Positions 48,042 through 57,015 of a DNA stretch of 64,000 nt are shown here, in pieces. The notes below the pieces were generated by a model. It was given only the letters and a program-made list of their open reading frames with translations, made no database searches and was not told where the DNA came from. Source of the stretch: Myxococcota bacterium (GTDB taxonomy: Bacteria > Myxococcota_A > Polyangia > Nannocystales > Nannocystaceae); assembly GCA_039028615.1 (NCBI GenBank), contig JBCCHT010000012.1:32001-96000 (forward strand), read 5' to 3'. A program made the translations under genes and the position numbers. Position 1 is the stretch's first letter, and each line of letters opens with the position of its first letter.

Positions 48042-48935
48042 ATGAACGCCAAGCTCGCTTCCTTCGTCGCAACCGGAATCGTCTCCATCGTTGCCGCTGC
48101 CTCGCCACGCACTGCGCACGCGGGCATTCCGGTGACCATCGACGGTACGAGCGGGGACGATGAGATCGAGATCGTCGACGGGGTGCTGACCCTCAACGGG
48201 GGCGCCCAGGTGGACTTGGAGGACATTCTCCCCGACGACTTTGCCTACGACGTGACGATCAATGGCTTGGCGGGTAACGACACCATCATCGTCGATGGCC
48301 TCGACGCGCTTGCCGACACCATCACGTTCACCATCAATGGTGGCGACGGCGAGGACAACCTCGTCAACTACGACAGCCAGGAATCGGTGACCGTCGTCGG
48401 TGGCGATGGCATCGACGCCTGCGCCGAGAACGTCGTCGCCAGCCAGTGTGAGACGGACGTCGACCTCGCGGGCCTGGGGATGGCATGGGACTACGACGCC
48501 AGCCTCAACGAGTTCACGATCTGGGGAACGACCGGGGCGGATCAGATCGCGGTCTTCAACATCTTCACCGTCGGCGTCTACCTCTTCAACGGCACCGCGA
48601 CCGGCCTCGGCGACGTCTTGTTCGACTACGGAGACGACGTCAATCAGTTCCCCATCGACAGCTTGGTCATCCGCGGCCGCCGCGGCGCCGACGAGATCTG
48701 GGTGATGCCCTCCGCACACGCGGAACATGTCACCGTCTACGGTGGATACGGAGCCGATGACATCATCACGATGGGGCACATCGGCTCGGGAAGCACCGTG
48801 GTCATCGATGGCGGCCGGAACGCCAACGACACTTGCTACACCGGCGTCAATGACATCCACAACGGCTCGTATCAGACGATCGACTGCGAGAACTCTGGAA
48901 ACCTCGAGTTCACCGACTTCGATCCCGTCGAGTAG
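48042..48935 (+). CDS. Secreted acidic protein with RTX-like GGxGxD calcium-binding repeats
   Basis: Signal peptide ending AHA; GLAGND, GGDGED, GGDGID, GRRGAD, GGYGAD. Confidence 0.75.
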   Translation: MNAKLASFVATGIVSIVAAASPRTAHAGIPVTIDGTSGDDEIEIVDGVLTLNGGAQVDLEDILPDDFAYDVTINGLAGNDTIIVDGLDALADTITFTINGGDGEDNLVNYDSQESVTVVGGDGIDACAENVVASQCETDVDLAGLGMAWDYDASLNEFTIWGTTGADQIAVFNIFTVGVYLFNGTATGLGDVLFDYGDDVNQFPIDSLVIRGRRGADEIWVMPSAHAEHVTVYGGYGADDIITMGHIGSGSTVVIDGGRNANDTCYTGVNDIHNGSYQTIDCENSGNLEFTDFDPVE

Positions 48936-48962
48936 ACGCGGCCTCCGCCCAGCGCCCCTTCG

Positions 48963-49000
48963 AAACGAAAACGACCGACGAGGAACACCCCGTCGGTCGT
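48963..49000 (-). terminator. Rho-independent terminator of the activase operon
   Basis: 10-bp stem acgaccgacg/cgtcggtcgt with an A-rich flank (U-rich on the minus strand) between convergent genes. Confidence 0.7.
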
Positions 49001-49025
49001 CCGTTGCCTCAGCGGGTCGGAGCGA

Positions 49026-52000
49026 TCAGCTCGGCTCGTCGCGCTTGGCCGCGGGTGCCGAAGCGGGAGCCTCGGCCGGACGCGGAGCGTTGCGCATGTC
49101 GGCACCACGGTGAGCGCCCGCCGTCTTGTTGAGCGTATCCGCCTGCGCCCCGTTGACCTTCTTGCCCTGCGCGATGTTCAGGTACTTGCGGTTGACGTCC
49201 TTGGGTCGCAGCCCCGCCGCATCGAGCAGTACGTCGGGCTTGTTCGCCGCAGCCTCGCCCATTGCCAGCGCCGCCGCCTCGATCTTCGCCATGAGCTCGG
49301 CCTGGTACTCCCGCATCCGCTCCGCCACTCGACCCCGAGCCGGCTTCTCCGTCTGCAGATCCTCCTGGTAGCGCTTGAGGAAGTACCCGATCGTCTCCGT
49401 CCGAATCTTGATCGACCCGGTCGGCTTGTTCTCGTCGATGTCCTTGAACGAGAAGTAGGGCGTGCCCGAGGTCTCCACGATCTCTTCGATGACCGTGTAG
49501 ATGGGCGCATCGTGCCCGCACTTGAAGCTCGACAGCTCCAGCGCCACCAGGTTGGGGTGACGGGCGCAGTACTTGGCCGCCCACACCTTCTGGTTGGTGT
49601 TCTCGGAGTAGCTGTTCTTCCAGACGTCGTAGATGTCGAAGGGGTCCTTGATGAAGCCCGCGTCGATGTCGTCCTGGAACAGCGGCCCCACGATCTCCTC
49701 GTCGATGGGCAACGAGTGGATGGTGAAGATGGGGTAGCCCAGCTTCTGGAGCTCGTCCGGGATCTCGTGATTCATGCCCGGATCGTTGTGGTAGGGCCGC
49801 GCCAGCAGGACGATGCCGATGCGGTTGTCCTCTTCGAGCTCGCGCAGCACCTCGCGGCCCTTGTCGCGGAGCTTGTCGACGAACTTCTCCTGCGCCTTGA
49901 AGCCCTCTTCGACGGCCAGGCTGTTCTCCTCGGGAGACAGGCCCAGCACGTCGCCGAAGTAGCCCAGCAGCTCGCGCTTGCAGAGCTTGGGCTCGCGCAT
50001 GTGCACGAAGGGCACGATGTGCAGGATGCCCTTCTCGACGAAGATGTCGCCCTCTTTGACGAAGGCCGCCTTGGTCGTGTCGGCCGAGCCCACCACGGTG
50101 GGGCAGGCACGCGCGCCGACCGAGGAGCTCAGCCAGGTGTCCATCGAGTCCACCTGAGGGAACACGATGAGGTCGAGCGGTCGCTTCTTGTGCTTCACCT
50201 CGAGGAGGTTGTGCATGTGGGCGATGCAGACCTTCGACGGGAAGCAGGGGTCGATCGCGCCCCGCTTCGCGCCTTCCTTGTACATCTCCTCGGAGGTGTA
50301 GTCGGAGTACACGAGGTTGCGGGGCGGGATGCCCAGCGCCTCGAAGTAGGCGGAGAAGAACGGGTTCTGCGAGTACTGGTTGAGCACGCGCGGGATGCCG
50401 ATGCGCAGCTTCTTGCGAGCGCGGATCTTCTCGGCGCGAGCCCGGGTGGCCTCGGTGCGAGCCTTGACCTGCTTGGCGCCGGGCACCGAGTCGCCCGTGC
50501 GATCGAGCAGCTTGGCCACGCGATCACTGCGGTTGATGCGACGCAACAGACCGCTGAGCTTGTCCTGGTGCTTGGCCAGGGTGGGCGGCAGCTCGAACGC
50601 TTCGGGGAGACCGAGGCCCTTTTCCACCTCGTCGGGATCGTCAGCCACGATGGGAGGCTTGACCGCCTTCCACACGTCCTTGGCCGCGGTGGCCGCGAGG
50701 TTCGGGAAGTCCTTCTTCGCCGCGTCGAGACCGCTCTTGATCTTGCGCATCGACTCGACGTCCTCGACCTCGCCCTTCTCGCACGTGGCGATGATGAGGC
50801 GCTTGGTCGCCATCTGCGTCGCGTCGCTCTTCTTGCGGATCTGCAGCAGCTCGCCCGCCTCCATCCGCTGCTTCGCTTCCTTGTTCTCGAGCTCGATGTC
50901 GACGTCGATGAAGGTGCGCAGGCACTTGTTCTTGCAGAAGTAGCAGCGAGTGCTCTCGTCGCGCTTCTGCCGGTAGTCGATGCCCGGGACCTTGTCGAGG
51001 CCGATCCACTGCGTCTGGTGGCCGAGCCTCTGGTGCATCCGGCGGGACTCGAGCGCGGCGCCGATGGCCCCCGACTCACCGCAGTGCTTGTGCACGATGA
51101 CGTCGGCTTGCAGCCCCTTGGCCGTGAAGCGCTCCTGGATGAAGTCGACCTGCGACTTCACGGCGGCCATGTTGTGCTGCGTACCGCCCTGGAGCACGAA
51201 GCGGCTGCCCAGCTTCGCGAGGTTGGGGATCTGCGAGACGTACAGCCAGATGTTCTTGGGCAGCACGTTGGCCAGGCCGGCCATGATCTCCTCGGGCGCC
51301 CATCCCTGGCGCTGGAAGTCGACGATGTCGCTCTGCATGAACACCGCGCAGCCGTAGCCGAACATCGGCATCGACTCCGCTGCGAACGCGATGTCGGCGT
51401 ACTCGCGCACGTCGTAGCCGAAGCCGTTCGCCGTGCCCTGAAGGAAGTAACCGTTGCCCGCCGAGCACTGCGTGTTCAGCTTGAAATCCTTCACCTTGCC
51501 GTTCTTCAAGATGATGATCTTGATGTCCTGGCCGCCGACGTCGCAGACCACGTCCACGTCGTCGTAGAAGTGAAGGGCGCTCTCGCAGTGAGCCACCGTC
51601 TCGACGATGGCCGCGTCCGCCCGAAGCACGTCCTTGAGGATGTCCTTGGCGTAGCCCGTGGTGCCGACCCCGAGGATCTCGAGCGTGGCGCCGGCCCCTT
51701 CCACCTGCCCCTGAAGGTCGGCGAAGAGGTCCTTGGTGTCCTCGATCGGGTTGCCCTTGGAGAGCTGGTAGACCTTGGCGAGGATGGTGGCGTCCTCGCT
51801 GAGGAGCACCGCCTTGGACGAGGTCGAGCCGCCGTCGATGCCGACGTAGGCGCGAACCGTCTCGCCCTTCTTGAAGGTCGCGGGCACGAACTTCTCGGGC
51901 TTGTAGGCCTCCTTGAACGCGGCGAGTTCTTCCTCGTCCTTGGCCAGACCGGTGCCGCCCGCCTTCTTCTTCTCTTCCTTGCGGCCGACGTCCATGTACC

Positions 52001-52898
52001 ACTTGAGGCCGTCGGTGCCCTTGTAGCGGCCGACGACGTCGTCCTCGTCCTTGCCGAACTCGGCCGCGCCGAGGGCCGCGTAGTACTGAGCGTTGTCCGG
52101 CACGATGATGAGATCGGCCGGGTCGTCGCAGGGCGGAAGCTCGACGCCACGCTCCTCCCAGATGGGGGGAATGTTGGCGCGCCAGGCCTCCTGCATGCCG
52201 CGGATATAGGTGTTGGGGCCGCCCAGCAGCATCACGTGCGGCATGAGCGTGTGACCGCGGGTGAGCACGGACAGGTTCTGCTGAATGATCGACTCGAACA
52301 GCGACGCCATCAGCTCGCTGGCGGGCACGCCCATCTTCTGCAGCGAGTTGATGTCCGTCTCCGCGAAGACGCCACACTTGCCCGCCACGGGGTGCAGCTT
52401 GAGGCCGGTATGGCCCGCGTTGCACAGCTCCTCGGGGGGCAGCTTGAGCTTGGCGTTGATCTTGTCGATGACCGCCCCGGTGCCGCCGGCACACTTGTCG
52501 TTCATCGAGGGGATCTTCTTCTTGCGCCCGCTCTCCGGGTCCTCCTTGAAGACGATGATCTTCGCGTCCTGACCACCGAGCTCGACGACCGAGTTGACCT
52601 CGGGATGCAGCTTCTCGACGGCGAGGGAGACCGCGTTGACCTCCTGGACGAACTTGGCGCCCGTCCAGCGCCCGACGTTGGCACCACCGGAGCCGGTGAT
52701 GAACATACGAGCGTTGTCGGGGCCGAGGCCCACGTCACGCTCGATGTCGTTCAGCATTTCGCAGGCCTTCTCGGGCTGCTTGGAGTCGTGACGACGATAG
52801 TCTTTCCAGACGATCTCGTCGCTCTCGACGTCGACGACTACCGCCTTGACGGTGGTGGAGCCGAGGTCGAAGCCAATGCGAAAGTTGCGGTCGCTCAT
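49026..52898 (-). CDS. Acyl-CoA dehydratase activase: two BadF/BcrA ASKHA ATPase domains plus DUF2229-like Fe-S domain
   Basis: DLGSTTVK/DGGSTSSK, GGQD twice, CAGGTG/CSAGNG, CGVF/CAVF, CYFCKNKC, CFPSK, FKCGHD. Confidence 0.92.
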   Translation of the reverse strand: MSDRNFRIGFDLGSTTVKAVVVDVESDEIVWKDYRRHDSKQPEKACEMLNDIERDVGLGPDNARMFITGSGGANVGRWTGAKFVQEVNAVSLAVEKLHPEVNSVVELGGQDAKIIVFKEDPESGRKKKIPSMNDKCAGGTGAVIDKINAKLKLPPEELCNAGHTGLKLHPVAGKCGVFAETDINSLQKMGVPASELMASLFESIIQQNLSVLTRGHTLMPHVMLLGGPNTYIRGMQEAWRANIPPIWEERGVELPPCDDPADLIIVPDNAQYYAALGAAEFGKDEDDVVGRYKGTDGLKWYMDVGRKEEKKKAGGTGLAKDEEELAAFKEAYKPEKFVPATFKKGETVRAYVGIDGGSTSSKAVLLSEDATILAKVYQLSKGNPIEDTKDLFADLQGQVEGAGATLEILGVGTTGYAKDILKDVLRADAAIVETVAHCESALHFYDDVDVVCDVGGQDIKIIILKNGKVKDFKLNTQCSAGNGYFLQGTANGFGYDVREYADIAFAAESMPMFGYGCAVFMQSDIVDFQRQGWAPEEIMAGLANVLPKNIWLYVSQIPNLAKLGSRFVLQGGTQHNMAAVKSQVDFIQERFTAKGLQADVIVHKHCGESGAIGAALESRRMHQRLGHQTQWIGLDKVPGIDYRQKRDESTRCYFCKNKCLRTFIDVDIELENKEAKQRMEAGELLQIRKKSDATQMATKRLIIATCEKGEVEDVESMRKIKSGLDAAKKDFPNLAATAAKDVWKAVKPPIVADDPDEVEKGLGLPEAFELPPTLAKHQDKLSGLLRRINRSDRVAKLLDRTGDSVPGAKQVKARTEATRARAEKIRARKKLRIGIPRVLNQYSQNPFFSAYFEALGIPPRNLVYSDYTSEEMYKEGAKRGAIDPCFPSKVCIAHMHNLLEVKHKKRPLDLIVFPQVDSMDTWLSSSVGARACPTVVGSADTTKAAFVKEGDIFVEKGILHIVPFVHMREPKLCKRELLGYFGDVLGLSPEENSLAVEEGFKAQEKFVDKLRDKGREVLRELEEDNRIGIVLLARPYHNDPGMNHEIPDELQKLGYPIFTIHSLPIDEEIVGPLFQDDIDAGFIKDPFDIYDVWKNSYSENTNQKVWAAKYCARHPNLVALELSSFKCGHDAPIYTVIEEIVETSGTPYFSFKDIDENKPTGSIKIRTETIGYFLKRYQEDLQTEKPARGRVAERMREYQAELMAKIEAAALAMGEAAANKPDVLLDAAGLRPKDVNRKYLNIAQGKKVNGAQADTLNKTAGAHRGADMRNAPRPAEAPASAPAAKRDEPS

Positions 52899-52955
52899 CG
52901 TAAGTATTCCTGGGAGGAACTCGAGGTCTGCAGTCCGAGGTCGGGCCCGGTGGGC

Positions 52956-54740
52956 CTACTGTGCGGCCAGCTCGGCCTGCGGGCGGATGCCCTCGGCGCG
53001 CATGCGCTCGATCAGGTGCTGGGCGAAGCGGGCTCCGGTGCCGACGATGCCCTCGTACTCGGGCACGTGGTAGAGCGGGCGGTTCACCTCGGGGTTGTTG
53101 CGCTGGTACTCGCGCAGCTGCTCGAGGTCGTAGCCGCTGCTGTCGATGATCTGGGCGAACTCGAGCTTGGCCTTGGCCTTGGCCTCACCCAGAGCCATCT
53201 GCACGCGGCTATGGGCGTTGATCTCACCCTCGCCCGAGGTCTCGATGGGCAGGTAGATCATGTCCTTGAAGTGGTTGATGACCGCCGACTGAGCGCCGTC
53301 GCTCTGGGTCGAGGGCATGCAGCCGAAGGGCTTGAGCGACAGCACCATGTGCGCGATGCCCTTGACCGTGTAGTAGATGTTCTTCGCGACCTCGAGGTGG
53401 CCTTCGCCGCCCTCGGAGCGCGTGTGGTAGAACTCGTGCGCGATCTTCTCCATCTCGAACATGTCGACGATGGAGTGGGTGGTGCCGCCGAGGGCCTCGC
53501 GAATGCGGTCGTACTCGCGGCGATAGACCTTGTCGGCGAAGGCCATGGTCGCTCGCTTCTTGTAGTACTTGCTGTCGAGCTCCCAGCGCTTCTTGAGATC
53601 CCACCACTTGAGCTCGCCCTCGGCCTCGTCGAGGCTGCGACGGTCGGCGGCTTTGATCTTCTCCTGCCACATCAGGTAGGTGATCCAGGTCGCCACCGGC
53701 TCCGTGATGATCTCGGCGCCCTCCGCCTGGAGGAACCGGAACATGTTGAAGTTGCCGTCGCCCTCGGTGGTCTGGGCCCAGAACTCGCCGGTGACCTTGA
53801 CCACGGGCTTGGGCGCGAGGCGATCGACCTCGACGTCGTTCATCTTGCGGGCCACCTCGCGTAGCGGCGTGGTGTAGTCCTCGGTGGTCAGCAGGTCGAG
53901 GAACTTGACGACCAGCTCGAGCTTGTCGACGGCTCCCTCGCCCCGGTTCTCCACCAGCTTGCGCAGCGGGCCCGTGACCTCAGCCGGCTTGATGTTCTGG
54001 ATGGCCTCGCCGAGGAAGTGCAGCGCCTCGTTGAGCACGCGGTCGGTCTCGCCCGGCACGACCTCGTGGGGACGGACCTGGTTGGCGAGCTCGTTGAGCA
54101 GGTCACCGATGTTGATCGTGGTGACCAGGCCCATGAAGAAGTCGGCGTTCATCTCGAGGCCGGCCTTCACGTCGCCCTGCTTGAGGCCGCCCTTCTGCTG
54201 GAAGAGCATGACGCGGAAGCCGTCGAAGCCGGCGTTGCGCAGGGCCAAGCGGTACTCGGCCTCGTACATCCCGAACCGACAGGGGCCACAGGCACCCGCG
54301 GTGATGAAGAAGTACTGGTCGATGATGTCCTCGGTGGACATCCCCTGGTCGTCGCGGAGCCACTCCAGGTACTGCACCAGGTTGCCCACCGTGAAGTAGG
54401 TGGGGTTGCACTGACCGTTGTTGCCGTACTCCTTGCCCTTCTGGAAGGCGTCGGTGTTCGGGGTCGGCAGCGGCTTGACGTTGTAGCCGAGGCGCTGAAA
54501 GTGCGCGGTGATGAGGAACTCGTGACGGAAGGTCAGTCCACCGCACAGCATGGTTGTGTGCGGGCGCTGGTCGGCCGTGAAGTCGTGCTCCACGGGGCGC
54601 TGGAACTGCAAGTTCACAGAGCGAAAGCTGACGCCCTCTTCTTCGGAGAAACGCTCCTGGGCCTGATCGAGAAGCTGCTGGACGGCGGGCTGCTGGATCA
54701 CGTTGAGAAGCTGGCTGCGATGTTCGGGAGACGTGGCCAT
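52956..54740 (-). CDS. 2-hydroxyacyl-CoA dehydratase-like Fe-S subunit
   Basis: CNP, GACGPCRFGMY, VTGEF and PFGCMP motifs; co-oriented with the activase. Confidence 0.85.
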   Translation of the reverse strand: MATSPEHRSQLLNVIQQPAVQQLLDQAQERFSEEEGVSFRSVNLQFQRPVEHDFTADQRPHTTMLCGGLTFRHEFLITAHFQRLGYNVKPLPTPNTDAFQKGKEYGNNGQCNPTYFTVGNLVQYLEWLRDDQGMSTEDIIDQYFFITAGACGPCRFGMYEAEYRLALRNAGFDGFRVMLFQQKGGLKQGDVKAGLEMNADFFMGLVTTINIGDLLNELANQVRPHEVVPGETDRVLNEALHFLGEAIQNIKPAEVTGPLRKLVENRGEGAVDKLELVVKFLDLLTTEDYTTPLREVARKMNDVEVDRLAPKPVVKVTGEFWAQTTEGDGNFNMFRFLQAEGAEIITEPVATWITYLMWQEKIKAADRRSLDEAEGELKWWDLKKRWELDSKYYKKRATMAFADKVYRREYDRIREALGGTTHSIVDMFEMEKIAHEFYHTRSEGGEGHLEVAKNIYYTVKGIAHMVLSLKPFGCMPSTQSDGAQSAVINHFKDMIYLPIETSGEGEINAHSRVQMALGEAKAKAKLEFAQIIDSSGYDLEQLREYQRNNPEVNRPLYHVPEYEGIVGTGARFAQHLIERMRAEGIRPQAELAAQ

Positions 54741-54783
54741 GGCGTGAACTCCGAGTGGGGGCAAAGCTTGGTCGGTAAGAGAA

Positions 54784-54835
54784 TCAGTGACGGTCTCGTC
54801 ACTGACACGGTCGTCACTGACACACGTGTCAGTGA
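54784..54835. promoter_or_regulatory. Double palindromic operator upstream of the dehydratase operon
   Basis: TCAGTGACG-gtct-CGTCACTGA (54784-54805) and TCACTGACAC-ac-GTGTCAGTGA (54814-54835). Confidence 0.75.
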
Positions 54836-55104
54836 ACTTTCGGAGGGTTTTGTCGCACACCCTCCGGGGGGTGGCAAGGAACAAGACCGTGTCCTTTGCG
54901 GCCGAATTCGGTGTGTGACGCGGATCGCAGCGTGTTCGACGCCAGTCCCGAAGGGGGTCGGGTCGAGGTGAAACTGCGCCAAGTCCGCGTCCGGCCGCGG
55001 AGACGAACATCGTAAAGCCCGCGGAATTGCGCAAGGGTTCCCCGTATTTCCGCGCAGTGTACGCGTCCTTGTAAGGCGGCTACGGGCTCGGCGTTGCCCT
55101 ATCG

Positions 55105-56307
55105 ATGGTCTCGCCGATCCGCTGTGTCGCCCTCCTGCTCCCCCTCGCGGTCGGCTGTTCGAGCGACGCGGCGACCTCCACCGAGGTACCCGCCCACCGT
55201 GCAGACCGTGACGCACCCGACCCGTCCCGGATCTACACGGTGGGCGAGGCGCACTTCGCCCGCGGCGAATACTCGCAGGCGGTGGAGCTGTGGCGGCAGG
55301 CGATCGTGAAGCTGCCGCCCACGTCCGACGCCGACGATCTCCGGCACGCCCTGATCCTGCGACGCGCCTACGGGCAGCTCATGGCGTGGCACCACCAGGG
55401 CGACGAGGCGCATCTGCACGACGCCAAGCAGATGCTCGAGCGCTATCTCGTTCGGCACGAGGAGCTGTTGGGCACGACCGATGACGCGCTGGCGCAGCGC
55501 GGTGAAGTCTACGAGCTGCTCTTCGAGGTCGAGCGAGCGCTCGAGCCCCCGCCCGTCGTCCAGACCAGCGAGCTGCGGGTGGACGATCCCAACGAGGAGG
55601 ACAAAGAGTTCGAGGCCGACGGCGATGCCGACATCCAGCGCACGGTCGTCGTGCGTGCCACGCAGACCGACGTCGACGACCCGAAGATGCGCGGCAAGCT
55701 TCGAAGCAGCTTCACCGATCCATTTTTCGATGGCCTGGTGCTCACAGCCCCGACCGCGGTGCTGCTCCATGGGCCTCGGCCGCTACTGCGAGCGGGCGGC
55801 GTGGTGCAGCTCGCCGAGACCGAGGGCAGCAGCGTGGCCGACCGTCGCCGGGCCCGAAGCCTCGGGCGACACGTGCTCGCCACCGCCCGCGATCGCCTCA
55901 AGGACTGCTACCAGGCGGCCTACACCCGCCACCCCGTCGCGGCCGCCCGCAGCACGGTGCAGGTCACGGTGGGCGAAGACGGCAAGATTCGCGACGCCGA
56001 GATCGTGACCGGTGGCCTGGTCGATACGCTCGGTGACCTGTGCGTCCTCGATGAGCTCGAGTCCACGGCCATCGAAGACGCCGAGCTTCTGGAGACCGAC
56101 GGTGCCATCGCAATTCGAGTGCCGCTGACCTTCTTCTACCAAGGCCCCGTGTACCTCAACGAAGGCACGGGCAGCAGCGCCCCCGCGGGCGTGCTCCACC
56201 AAGTCGACGCCACCCCGGGCGCCAACGCACCGCGGGCCCCGGGCAGCGCCCCGCTGGCTCCGGGTGCGCCCGGTTCGTCCATCCCCGGCCGGGCGATGGG
56301 CGCATAG
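55105..56307 (+). CDS. Lipoprotein with TPR-like helices and AgmX/PglI (TonB-C-like) domain
   Basis: Lipobox AVGC; GEYSQAVELWRQA; LKDCY..V.V..DG....C..IRVPLTF. Confidence 0.75.
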   Translation: MVSPIRCVALLLPLAVGCSSDAATSTEVPAHRADRDAPDPSRIYTVGEAHFARGEYSQAVELWRQAIVKLPPTSDADDLRHALILRRAYGQLMAWHHQGDEAHLHDAKQMLERYLVRHEELLGTTDDALAQRGEVYELLFEVERALEPPPVVQTSELRVDDPNEEDKEFEADGDADIQRTVVVRATQTDVDDPKMRGKLRSSFTDPFFDGLVLTAPTAVLLHGPRPLLRAGGVVQLAETEGSSVADRRRARSLGRHVLATARDRLKDCYQAAYTRHPVAAARSTVQVTVGEDGKIRDAEIVTGGLVDTLGDLCVLDELESTAIEDAELLETDGAIAIRVPLTFFYQGPVYLNEGTGSSAPAGVLHQVDATPGANAPRAPGSAPLAPGAPGSSIPGRAMGA

Positions 56308-56320
56308 AAGACGCCACGCC

Positions 56321-57007
56321 TCAGTTCACGGGGGCGAGCTTCAGGCCGCCTTCGACCAGGGCGTCGTAGTGGTAGCCGAAGCCGAGGTCGACGTCGCGGC
56401 GGAGAGTCCCGCGAAAGGCGACCCGTTGGCCCACCGTGACCGACGCCTGAGTCTTGACGGTGAGGTCGTGTGTACCCGCGGCGGGGTCACCAGAACCGTC
56501 TTGGAGGTGAACCCAGCGATAGCCGATGGCGTCGGGCGCCTTGACCACGGTGCCGTAGACGACGACCTCTCGATCCGCTCGCGCTGCGAGCTCGGCGTAG
56601 ACGGCCTCGATTGCCACGGCGTCGGCGGGCGCCGGGGACCGGACGCTTCGCACCGCGGTGTCGTAGTCGGCGACCTGGACGTGGTCGATGTCGACGAGCT
56701 CGCGCGCGACGGTGCCGAGCTCGGGGATGTCGACGTCCGGTTGCATCCGGCCTTGCCCCAAGAGCACATAGTCTCCGACGCGGACCCCGACGTCGGGTAC
56801 TCGAACCCAGGTACGGACCGAGCCCTGGCTGACTTCGAGGAGCTGGAACCCCGGCCGGTCGACCACCTGCTCGACGAAGGTCGGCGCGAGGTTGGCCCAG
56901 CCCTGGGGCGGAGGCGCGGTGCCGGGCGAGGCCGTGCTCGCAGCCCCCACTGCGAGCACGGCCAGCCCCACCACGAATGCCAGTCCGAGAATGTGTCGGC
57001 GCTTCAT
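56321..57007 (-). CDS. Exported OB-fold/SH3-like protein
   Basis: Signal peptide; GTVVK..I..RWVHLQDGSG and DVDLGFGYHY motifs; 8-bp gap after katG. Confidence 0.7.
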   Translation of the reverse strand: MKRRHILGLAFVVGLAVLAVGAASTASPGTAPPPQGWANLAPTFVEQVVDRPGFQLLEVSQGSVRTWVRVPDVGVRVGDYVLLGQGRMQPDVDIPELGTVARELVDIDHVQVADYDTAVRSVRSPAPADAVAIEAVYAELAARADREVVVYGTVVKAPDAIGYRWVHLQDGSGDPAAGTHDLTVKTQASVTVGQRVAFRGTLRRDVDLGFGYHYDALVEGGLKLAPVN

Positions 57008-57015
57008 GGCCTACC

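Noticed and set aside
49110..53864. 1584-aa plus-strand ORF and other long antisense ORFs (e.g. 2900..5410, 5725..7746, 56977..60381)
   Set aside because: Shadow ORFs opposite well-supported genes, expected from stop-codon scarcity at high GC; no motifs
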